From contig JAZQII010000057.1 in assembly GCA_045541035.1 (NCBI GenBank), positions 708-64,707 on the forward strand: 64,000 nt of DNA, in the 5' to 3' direction. Made by a program: the position numbers and the translations under genes. The stretch comes from Clostridia bacterium. Its GTDB lineage: Bacteria; Bacillota; Clostridia; Christensenellales; QALW01. Below are positions 56,795-64,000 of this stretch, piece after piece. Position 1 is the stretch's first letter. Every line of letters begins with the position of its first letter. The notes beneath the pieces were generated by a model. The model did no database searches. It was not told the DNA's origin and saw only the letters and a list, made by a program, of their open reading frames with translations.

Positions 56795-57619
56795 ATGAAA
56801 AATGTAAAAAGAGGTGGTTTTTTGCATTTCTTTGGTAAAATTCTAAATATTCTTGATGCTAAAATGGAAACTCCTGCATTATACGGCTGGTTTCATCTGC
56901 TATTTTTTGCATTGGCAATTATTTTAGGCGTTATTCTTATTAAAAAATTTAAAAATCCCGATAAAAAAACGGTGCAAAAAATTCTCTTGACGGTGGGCAT
57001 TGTTACCATTGTTCTTGAAATATACAAACAGATAAATTACACTTTTGAGTATGACGGCAACAAAATTACAGCCGATTATCAGTGGTACGCTTTTCCGTTC
57101 CAATTCTGTTCGACACCAATGTATGTTTCCTTGCTGGCAGGGTTAATTAAAAACGATAAAATACACAGTTCCTTGTGCTCATATCTTGCAACTTTTTCTG
57201 CTTTTGCAGGATTATGTGTAATGTTCTATCCCGGCGACGTTTTTATTAAAACCATCGGAATAAATATTCAAACGATGATTCATCACGGCACAATGGTTAC
57301 AATGGGTATTTTCCTTTTAGGTTCAGGCTATGTAAAAACTGAATTCAAGACTCTTTTAAAAGGTGCTTGTGTTTTTGCTCTTTGCGTTATTCTTGCAATG
57401 ACAATGAACGAGATCGCTCATTTTTCAGGTCTTGAAGAAACATTTAATATGTTCTTTATCAGCCCCCACGAAGAGCCATCGTTGCCGGTATATTCCATTG
57501 TTCAAAATATCGTTCCCTATCCCCTTTGCACGATAATTTATATTGTTGCATTTACTTTAGCATCATACATAATTCTTTTGATTTCAAAACTTATAAGAAA
57601 AATAGCAAAAGCGGCTTAA
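56795..57619 (+). CDS. integral membrane protein (YwaF/TIGR02206-like, low confidence)
   Basis: About 7 hydrophobic segments. No catalytic motif recognised. Confidence 0.4.
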   Translation: MKNVKRGGFLHFFGKILNILDAKMETPALYGWFHLLFFALAIILGVILIKKFKNPDKKTVQKILLTVGIVTIVLEIYKQINYTFEYDGNKITADYQWYAFPFQFCSTPMYVSLLAGLIKNDKIHSSLCSYLATFSAFAGLCVMFYPGDVFIKTIGINIQTMIHHGTMVTMGIFLLGSGYVKTEFKTLLKGACVFALCVILAMTMNEIAHFSGLEETFNMFFISPHEEPSLPVYSIVQNIVPYPLCTIIYIVAFTLASYIILLISKLIRKIAKAA

Positions 57620-57630
57620 TAAGCCGCTTT
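57608..57630. terminator. bidirectional terminator hairpin
   Basis: AAAGCGGCTT-aat-AAGCCGCTTT between convergent genes. Confidence 0.65.
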
Positions 57631-58769
57631 TACTTTTTTAGGAATTTCAATAGTTCATCTTTTTCATTTTTTACTTTTTTTTCGATAACGCTTACAAGGG
57701 CATAATTTAACGCTTCTTTGATTTTATAACTTTTATAGCCTGCTTCTTTTAATATATTGCCGTCAATATTAAGTTCCTTTATGCTTGTTATGCCTTTTGA
57801 TGCTTTTTTGGCATTTTTAGAAAAATCTTCGTTATTTATTACGGAGAGATAATCGCATAAAAACAGAACCAATTCCTTATTATTTATGCTCATAAGTTTT
57901 TGAATGGCTATTTCATCATTTATGACGCTTTCATTTTTCACAAAAAGAATTTTTCGTTTTAATTTGTTTTCCACTTTTAACCGAGAAAGTTCTTCTTCGG
58001 TTTCAGCATTATTTAAAATAAGAGCAAGTCTTATTTCGGGATCCTGAGTTTTTTTAATATCTCTGCAAATCTCCTGCCATTTTTCTTCCCTTAAAGTGGG
58101 AAATACTGCTTTAAAAACAGGCAAAGTTTTTTTCATTATATAAGGTGCATTTTTAAAGGCAAGCATTTTTTTAAGTTCGGTGTAAATGCGCTCATAAGCA
58201 ATATTTTTTAAATTGGGCGCAAGTTTATTTGCTGCCAAAAGAGTTTTTTCTTCCAAAGAAAAACCGTCCTTTGATGCAAAGCGCAGACCGCGCATGATTC
58301 TTAATGCATCTTCATTAAAACGTTTTTCGGCATCGCCCACACAACGGATAAGTTTTTTATCTAAATCTTCTTTTCCGAAAAACTCATCAATAATATTTTC
58401 GTTTATATCCATTGCCATGGCGTTTACGGTGAAATCGCGTCGGGCAAGATCTTCCTTTAAAGACGGTGTAAAGGTAACGGAATCGGGACGGCGAGAATCG
58501 GTATAATCACCGTCAACACGAAAAGTTGTTACTTCAAGCATTGCGCCATGATAGATAACGCCGACTGTTCCGTGTTTTAATCCCTTTAAGTTAAGGCGGA
58601 GATCGGAAAAAGTTTCCTGAATTTGTTGGGGAAGCGCGGAAGTGGTAATATCCCAATCATCAGGCTCAATACCTAAAAGACGGTCACGAACACAGCCGCC
58701 TACAGCGTAAGCAGAAAAACCTTTTTTATTTAATTTTTTAAGCACAAACCGAACATTTTCAGGTAACAC
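57630..58769 (-). CDS. cca: CCA tRNA nucleotidyltransferase (poly(A) polymerase family)
   Basis: AYAVGGCVRDRLLG...DWDITT head-domain motifs and RRDFTVNAMA. Confidence 0.8.
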   Translation of the reverse strand: MLPENVRFVLKKLNKKGFSAYAVGGCVRDRLLGIEPDDWDITTSALPQQIQETFSDLRLNLKGLKHGTVGVIYHGAMLEVTTFRVDGDYTDSRRPDSVTFTPSLKEDLARRDFTVNAMAMDINENIIDEFFGKEDLDKKLIRCVGDAEKRFNEDALRIMRGLRFASKDGFSLEEKTLLAANKLAPNLKNIAYERIYTELKKMLAFKNAPYIMKKTLPVFKAVFPTLREEKWQEICRDIKKTQDPEIRLALILNNAETEEELSRLKVENKLKRKILFVKNESVINDEIAIQKLMSINNKELVLFLCDYLSVINNEDFSKNAKKASKGITSIKELNIDGNILKEAGYKSYKIKEALNYALVSVIEKKVKNEKDELLKFLKK

Positions 58770-58895
58770 CTTTTCGCCCCCTTTCCTATTTAATTATATA
58801 CGAAAAAATTTTTTCGTCAATATTCATTTATGGTCTTGAAATCCTAATTCATTTGTGGTATATTACTCTAAAGACCTTTTTTAGGAGGCATTTTT

Positions 58896-60047
58896 ATGTA
58901 TTTTAACAGAAAATTTGTTGATTACGTACCCACCCCTGAACCTGTTTCATCGGATTATTACATCGCCTGCCATTATTATCCCGGCTGGGGTGTAAAGCCA
59001 AACGGTGCATCAGGCTTTTCAAAAATAGTTGATTTTCCCGAAAGAACTCCACTTATGGGATATTATGACGAAGCCGATCCCGAAGTTATTGACTGGGAAA
59101 TAAAATGGGCGGTGGAGCATGGCATAAACTGTTTTATTTATTGTTGGTACCGCCGTTGGGATAATATGGGTAAACCGTTGACCCATGACGGGATAAGCCT
59201 TGCCCATCAGCTGAATGCGCTTTCTAAAGCAAGATATAAAAACATGATTGATTTTGCCATTATGTGGGAATGCGATAATGCCGCAAGCGCTCAGGATACT
59301 GACGATCTTCTAAACAATCTTCTGCCTTTCTGGGTTGAAAACTATTTTTCTCTTCCCAATTATCAAAAAATTGATAACAAGCCCGTTCTTTACGTTTACG
59401 ATTGGTCTTTTAAGGTGGTAAAACAGTTTGGCGGTGCTAAAAAATTAAAAACTGCACTTAACGCATTAAGAAAAGAAATCAAGAAATACGGCTTTGACGG
59501 CATAATTCTTCAGGTTGAATACCGTTATGACGATAAAGAAGTTTTGCAAATGTATAAAGATGCAGGCTTTGATAACACCTTTGCATATTGCTGGCACACA
59601 GAGGAAAGATTGCCCTCTCAGGAAGAAGTTATTGCACGTCAGGAATATTTAATGAATAATCATCTTGAGTTTGATCCTGATTTTACTATTCTTACTTGCT
59701 CGCAATCCTGGGATCCATACCCTTGGCACAGAACGAATCCCGATCGCATAAAGAAGATCATTCGTTGGAAACTTACCCCCAATAATTGGCGCAAGCTTTT
59801 GGAAAAGGTTAAAGGTATGGCTGAAAGTATGCCTGATTCCGCGTTGGGCAAACGCTTTATCATGATGGATAACTGGAATGAATGGGGCGAGGGACATTAC
59901 ATTGCACCTCACCTTTCAGGAGGTTTTAAGTATCTTCAGGCAATCCGCGAAGTATTTACAAAGCGTGATAATCTTCCCGATTACCGCCTTCCCGAAACAT
60001 TAGGTCTTGGACCTTACGATAAAAATATTGATTTAGAGGCTGAATAA
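58896..60047 (+). CDS. GH99-like / WbsX-like glycosyl hydrolase-fold protein
   Basis: YYIACHYYPGW..., GINCFIYCWY and NWNEWGEGHYI resemble the WbsX/GH99-like family. This is a memory-based call. Confidence 0.35.
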   Translation: MYFNRKFVDYVPTPEPVSSDYYIACHYYPGWGVKPNGASGFSKIVDFPERTPLMGYYDEADPEVIDWEIKWAVEHGINCFIYCWYRRWDNMGKPLTHDGISLAHQLNALSKARYKNMIDFAIMWECDNAASAQDTDDLLNNLLPFWVENYFSLPNYQKIDNKPVLYVYDWSFKVVKQFGGAKKLKTALNALRKEIKKYGFDGIILQVEYRYDDKEVLQMYKDAGFDNTFAYCWHTEERLPSQEEVIARQEYLMNNHLEFDPDFTILTCSQSWDPYPWHRTNPDRIKKIIRWKLTPNNWRKLLEKVKGMAESMPDSALGKRFIMMDNWNEWGEGHYIAPHLSGGFKYLQAIREVFTKRDNLPDYRLPETLGLGPYDKNIDLEAE

Positions 60048-60049
60048 AA

Positions 60050-60574
60050 ATGAAAACAGTAAAAGATTATATCACAACTATCCCCGATTTCCCCGAAGAA
60101 GGCATTCTGTTCCGCGATATTACAACGGTTCTTCAGGACGCGGAAGGCTTTAAACTTGCCATTGACGAATATATAAAACTTTTAGACGGTGTCGATTTTG
60201 ACGTTATCTGCGGTGCAGAATCACGCGGTTTTATCTTTGGTGCGCCTATCGCCTACAAGTTAAATAAACCCTTTGTTCCCATCAGAAAAAAAGGCAAACT
60301 TCCGAGAGAAACCGTTTCTGCAAGTTATGCTTTAGAATACGGCACAGCCGAAATTGAAATGCACGTTGATTCCATAAAGCCCGGTCAAAAAGTTGTTATT
60401 ATTGACGACTTAATTGCAACGGGCGGTACGGTAAAGGCTTGTTGCGAACTTGTTGAAAAACTTGGCGGAACAGTTGAAAAAATTCTTTTCTTACTTGAAC
60501 TTAAAGGTCTTAACGGAAGAGAAGTTCTAAAGGGATATGACGTTGGAACAGTGGTGCAGTACGAGGGAAAATAA
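60050..60574 (+). CDS. apt: adenine phosphoribosyltransferase
   Basis: IPDFPEEGILFRDIT and the PRPP loop VVIIDDLIATGGT. Confidence 0.9.
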   Translation: MKTVKDYITTIPDFPEEGILFRDITTVLQDAEGFKLAIDEYIKLLDGVDFDVICGAESRGFIFGAPIAYKLNKPFVPIRKKGKLPRETVSASYALEYGTAEIEMHVDSIKPGQKVVIIDDLIATGGTVKACCELVEKLGGTVEKILFLLELKGLNGREVLKGYDVGTVVQYEGK

Positions 60575-60580
60575 ATCAAA

Positions 60581-60610
60581 AGACGAAAGCAAATTGCTTT
60601 CGTCTTTTTT
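60581..60610. terminator. bidirectional intrinsic terminator
   Basis: AGACGAAAGC-aaatt-GCTTTCGTCT followed by a T run. Confidence 0.8.
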
Positions 60611-60611
60611 T

Positions 60612-60959
60612 CTATAACTCAACAAAACCAAGTGAAACGCGCAGGGCATCTTCAACTTTAGTCATTGTAATATCATTTAAGCCGCCTAACTTTTCCTTTA
60701 AGCGTTTTTTATCAATGGTGCGTATCTGTTCAAGAAGAATCACCGAATTTTTTTGAAGACCGTGTCTTTCGCCCTGGAGGGCTATATGGGTGGGCAATTT
60801 TGCCTTATCTGTTTTTGAGGTTATTGCCGCCACGATTATAGTGGGACTGTAACGATTGCCGATATCGTTTTGTAATATGAGAACAGGTCTTATTCCGCCC
60901 TGCTCACTACCCACTACGGGCGAAAGGTCGGCGTAATATATTTCGCCCCTTTTTATCAA
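60612..60959 (-). CDS. mazF: type II toxin MazF/PemK (EndoA-like mRNA interferase)
   Basis: [32 protein letters not shown]...[10 protein letters not shown] is nearly the canonical EndoA N-terminus. TTG start behind GGAAGGGTG. Confidence 0.85.
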   Translation of the reverse strand: MIKRGEIYYADLSPVVGSEQGGIRPVLILQNDIGNRYSPTIIVAAITSKTDKAKLPTHIALQGERHGLQKNSVILLEQIRTIDKKRLKEKLGGLNDITMTKVEDALRVSLGFVEL

Positions 60960-60991
60960 TATGGTTCACCCTTCCTAAATTTCAGAATGCT

Positions 60992-61204
60992 TTAAAAGGA
61001 AGCGTCCTCCGCAAGCACGCGAGATAAGCGCAAGTTTACTTTTGCGAAGGTTTTATAGCCTCTTTTTAAAAGCATTCTTACTTTTATTTTATGATTCTTC
61101 TCAAAAAATTGTTTAAGGGCAAGATTAACTATTTTATCTGCCTTTGACGCTTTTTTAAGTTTTTCAAAATTCTTGTTTGAAATTTTTACCGTAATTTCTC
61201 TCAC
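60992..61204 (-). CDS. cognate antitoxin (ribbon-helix-helix-like)
   Basis: Small ORF directly upstream of mazF. I prefer the GTG at 61204, preceded by AAGGAG, over the ATG at 61222, which lacks an SD. Confidence 0.6.
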   Translation of the reverse strand: MREITVKISNKNFEKLKKASKADKIVNLALKQFFEKNHKIKVRMLLKRGYKTFAKVNLRLSRVLAEDASF

Positions 61205-61361
61205 GGTTTTTTCTCCTTTCATATTATTGTTCTTTTATTTTTCCTTCATTCATTTAATTTAATCTGACGTATTTTTTCTTTAATTTCATGGAATTTACTT
61301 GTTGGATTTTGTATATTTTGTGATAATTTGAAAACAATTAAATTAAATCGAACTAAATCTG

Positions 61362-61390
61362 TTGACAAATTAAAGGTATGGTAATATAAT
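61362..61390 (+). promoter_or_regulatory. consensus sigma-A promoter of the hrcA operon
   Basis: TTGACA, 17-nt spacer, TATAAT. Confidence 0.8.
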
Positions 61391-61400
61391 GAAACTGTAA

Positions 61401-61427
61401 TTAGCACTCAATGACTTCGAGTGCTAA
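61401..61427. promoter_or_regulatory. CIRCE operator (HrcA binding site)
   Basis: TTAGCACTC-N9-GAGTGCTAA, a perfect match to the CIRCE consensus, lying between the promoter and hrcA. Confidence 0.95.
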
Positions 61428-61454
61428 CAAAAAAATAAATGAGGGGGTTTTAAG

Positions 61455-62498
61455 TTGGACGAATTAAGTCAAAGACAAAAAGAGATCCTGCAGGCAATAA
61501 TTGAAGATTATATTTCAAATGCCATGCCGGTAGGTTCAAGAACGATCTCAAAAAACTTTGCCCTTTCATCGGCGACCATTCGTAACGAGATGAGCGATCT
61601 TGAAGATCTTGGATACTTGGAACAGCCTCATACCTCGGCAGGCAGAGTTCCAAGTGAGAAGGCTTACCGCTTTTACGTTGACAATCTTTTAAAACTTTCA
61701 ACTCTTTCCTTAAACGAGATCGAGTACATACAAAAATACTACGATAAGAGAATCGGTCAGACGGGTGAAGTTTTATCAGATGCGGCAAGAGTAATTAGTG
61801 ATCTTACCCAATACGTTTCAATCGTTACTCCGCCAAAGGTAAGAAACGTAAACGTTTCAAGCATTCAGCTTATGCCGGTAAATCCCATGACTGCAATGGT
61901 TGTGCTTTTAACAGATACGGGAATGGTACAGAACACGCCGATAACCCTGCCACGAAGCGTAACGCCTCAGGAACTTGAAAGTATGTCCCGTCTTTTAAAT
62001 AAGATGTTTGCAGGCAAAAGCGTAAACGAAATTCACCCCGGCGCACAGTTTATCGTTGAAAACGAAATTGCCGATCAAAAGCAGATCTTTGATGCAATAT
62101 GCACCGTTCTTGCCGCCCGCCTTGAAGCAGGCGAAAGCAGAGTGGTTATAGAAGGCGCAAGCAAGATGCTTTCACATCAGGAGTTTACTGACGTTGATAA
62201 GGCAAGAGGTTTCTTGCAGTTATTGGAAGAAAACAAAAAACTTACCGATATAGTCAACGACGAAAATTCAGGCGTAAGCGTTCGAATCGGTCATGAAACG
62301 GGATTGGGTGACGTAAGTATAGTAACGGCAACCTATTCTTCGGGCGGTCGCGATCTGGGAAAGATCGGTGTTATCGGTCCGACGCGAATGCAATATGATA
62401 AAGTTCTTTCGGTGCTTGATCAAGTTGGAAAAACTCTTACCGATATTTTTACCGAAACACATTTAATGGAGGACGATTCCGATGAGCAAAAAAGATAA
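61455..62498 (+). CDS. hrcA: heat-inducible transcription repressor HrcA
   Basis: LSQRQKEILQAIIEDYISNAMPVGSRTISK is the typical HrcA N-terminus. TTG start behind GAGGGGG. Gene order is hrcA-grpE-dnaK. Confidence 0.9.
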   Translation: MDELSQRQKEILQAIIEDYISNAMPVGSRTISKNFALSSATIRNEMSDLEDLGYLEQPHTSAGRVPSEKAYRFYVDNLLKLSTLSLNEIEYIQKYYDKRIGQTGEVLSDAARVISDLTQYVSIVTPPKVRNVNVSSIQLMPVNPMTAMVVLLTDTGMVQNTPITLPRSVTPQELESMSRLLNKMFAGKSVNEIHPGAQFIVENEIADQKQIFDAICTVLAARLEAGESRVVIEGASKMLSHQEFTDVDKARGFLQLLEENKKLTDIVNDENSGVSVRIGHETGLGDVSIVTATYSSGGRDLGKIGVIGPTRMQYDKVLSVLDQVGKTLTDIFTETHLMEDDSDEQKR

Positions 62499-63042
62499 AG
62501 AAATAAAAGAAGAAATTAAAGAAGAAATTAAAGAAGAAGTTATTGAAGAAACCGAAGATGCAACAAGCGATTATGCACAGCCTGAAGAAACGGTTGAAGC
62601 AGAAGAAGTTCCTTCAAAAGAAGAAGAATACTTAATGCTTGCGCAAAGAATTCAGGCAGATTTTGATAACTACCGCAAGCGCAACGTTTCTCTTCGCGCA
62701 GACGCTCTTTCTGACGGCAAAATCGAAGCAATAAAGGCTTTCTTGCCCGTTGTGGATAATTTGGAGCGTGCACTTGAAACAGAACGTAAAAACGGCACTA
62801 CAGGTTCTTTAATGGAAGGTCTTGAAATAGTTTTAAAGCAGATGGCACAAACTCTTTCATCATTAGGCGTTGAAGAGATAGAAGCATTAAACAAACCTTT
62901 CGATCCTGCTTGCCACAATGCAATGATGCAGATTCCCGCCCAGGAAGGTCAAGATAAAGGCATCGTAGCCGCAGTTTTTGAAAAAGGCTACAAAATGGGC
63001 GACAAAGTTATTCGCTATTCAATGGTACAGGTAACCATTTAA
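62482..63042 (+). CDS. grpE: nucleotide exchange factor GrpE
   Basis: Acidic N-terminus, DFDNYRKR motif, and C-terminal beta domain (V.KGY....KVIR...V.V). Confidence 0.9.
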   Translation: MSKKDKEIKEEIKEEIKEEVIEETEDATSDYAQPEETVEAEEVPSKEEEYLMLAQRIQADFDNYRKRNVSLRADALSDGKIEAIKAFLPVVDNLERALETERKNGTTGSLMEGLEIVLKQMAQTLSSLGVEEIEALNKPFDPACHNAMMQIPAQEGQDKGIVAAVFEKGYKMGDKVIRYSMVQVTI

Positions 63043-63077
63043 TAAATATTGAAAATTTTTCAGGAGGATTATATATT

Positions 63078-64000
63078 ATGAGCAAAATTATTGGTATTGA
63101 CTTAGGTACAACAAATTCATGTGTAGCAGTTATGGAAGGCGGCGAACCCGTTGTTATTCCTAACTCCGAAGGTGCAAGAACAACTCCTTCAGTAGTAGCA
63201 TTTAAAGACGGCGAGCGTTTAGTTGGCGCTATTGCAAAGCGTCAGGCTGTTGCTAACCCCGATAATACAGTTATGTCCATTAAGCGCGACATGGGTACCA
63301 ACAACAAGAGAAATATTGAGGGCAAATCATACTCACCCCAGGAAATTTCAGCAATGATCTTAGCAAAGTTAAAATCAGATGCAGAGGCTTATCTTGGCGA
63401 AACAGTTACTCAGGCTGTTATTACCGTTCCTGCTTACTTTAACGACTCACAGCGTCAGGCAACAAAGGATGCAGGTAAGATCGCAGGTTTGGAAGTTCTT
63501 CGTATAATCAACGAGCCTACTGCCGCATCACTTTCATACGGTCTTGATAAAGAAGACAACCAGAAGATACTTATCTATGACTTAGGCGGCGGTACTTTCG
63601 ACGTTTCAATTCTTGAGATCGGTGACGGTGTTTTCGAAGTTCTTGCAACCAACGGTGATACCCGTTTAGGCGGTGACGACTTTGACGAAGCCATCATGAA
63701 CTGGATGGTAAACGAATTCAAGATGTCAAGCGGTGTTGACTTAAAGGCTGACAAGATGGCTATGCAGAGATTGAAAGAAGCCGCTGAAAAGGCAAAGATC
63801 GACCTTTCAGGCACACTTTCAGCAAGCATCAATCTTCCCTATATCACAATGGGCGCCGCAGGTCCTTTACACCTTGATATGACACTTACCCGTGCAAAAT
63901 TTGATGATCTTACAAGTGATCTTGTAAAGAGAACAATGGATCCCGTTAAAAAGGCCATGAGTGATGCAGGTCTTTCTATGAGTGATATCAACCGTGTTGT
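63078..64000 (+). CDS. dnaK: molecular chaperone DnaK (3'-truncated by window edge)
   Basis: [22 protein letters not shown]..., [20 protein letters not shown]. The frame is open to the window end. Confidence 0.95.
   Translation, partial: MSKIIGIDLGTTNSCVAVMEGGEPVVIPNSEGARTTPSVVAFKDGERLVGAIAKRQAVANPDNTVMSIKRDMGTNNKRNIEGKSYSPQEISAMILAKLKSDAEAYLGETVTQAVITVPAYFNDSQRQATKDAGKIAGLEVLRIINEPTAASLSYGLDKEDNQKILIYDLGGGTFDVSILEIGDGVFEVLATNGDTRLGGDDFDEAIMNWMVNEFKMSSGVDLKADKMAMQRLKEAAEKAKIDLSGTLSASINLPYITMGAAGPLHLDMTLTRAKFDDLTSDLVKRTMDPVKKAMSDAGLSMSDINRV

Overview
This is a 64-kb chromosomal window from a low-GC Gram-positive anaerobe. It looks Clostridia-like: hrcA-grpE-dnaK with a perfect CIRCE operator, DUF1385-prmC-prfA, and secreted proteins rich in Pro/Thr linkers. 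All calls were made by eye from the sequence and the ORF track, with no searches run. I call 52 protein-coding genes. I see no rRNA, tRNA, CRISPR array, transposase or integrase.

Gene content in order:
- 1-2285: an AT-rich three-gene operon (zinc-ribbon protein, Ymh/TIGR02391 protein, zinc-ribbon plus NDT/TIR-like protein), cut by the window edge. It looks like an uncharacterised conflict or defence module.
- 2379-6108: envelope genes (transglutaminase-like membrane protein, LCP, MGDG-synthase-type glycosyltransferase).
- 6143-16622: two AraC-controlled sugar modules. These include kduD, a BNR/sialidase-like protein, and a Gfo/Idh/MocA plus xylose-isomerase-like TIM pair.
- 16676-27682: a mirror-image locus with two giant BspA-type LRR surface proteins.
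- 27751-32839: an orphan glycyl-radical-enzyme cluster (MFS transporter, GRE, activase, AraC).
- 32843-33354: a mosaic tandem-repeat block.
- 33404-34786: asnS.
- 34969-39370: a kinase / ROK / HAD / deoxyhypusine-synthase-like / ECF-S operon.
- 39409-45138: a 1909-aa vWA plus isopeptide-domain adhesin.
- 45372-46235: fba.
- 46307-52232: a cell-surface glycan cluster (FdtA-like, DegT, GNAT, two GT2).
- 52272-64000: housekeeping genes.

The most interesting signal is in the LRR locus. Both LRR operons are preceded by paralogous ~190-nt structured leaders. Each has a conserved promoter, covarying closing arms and an orphan intrinsic terminator. This fits either a new riboswitch-like attenuator or a cwpV-type invertible switch.
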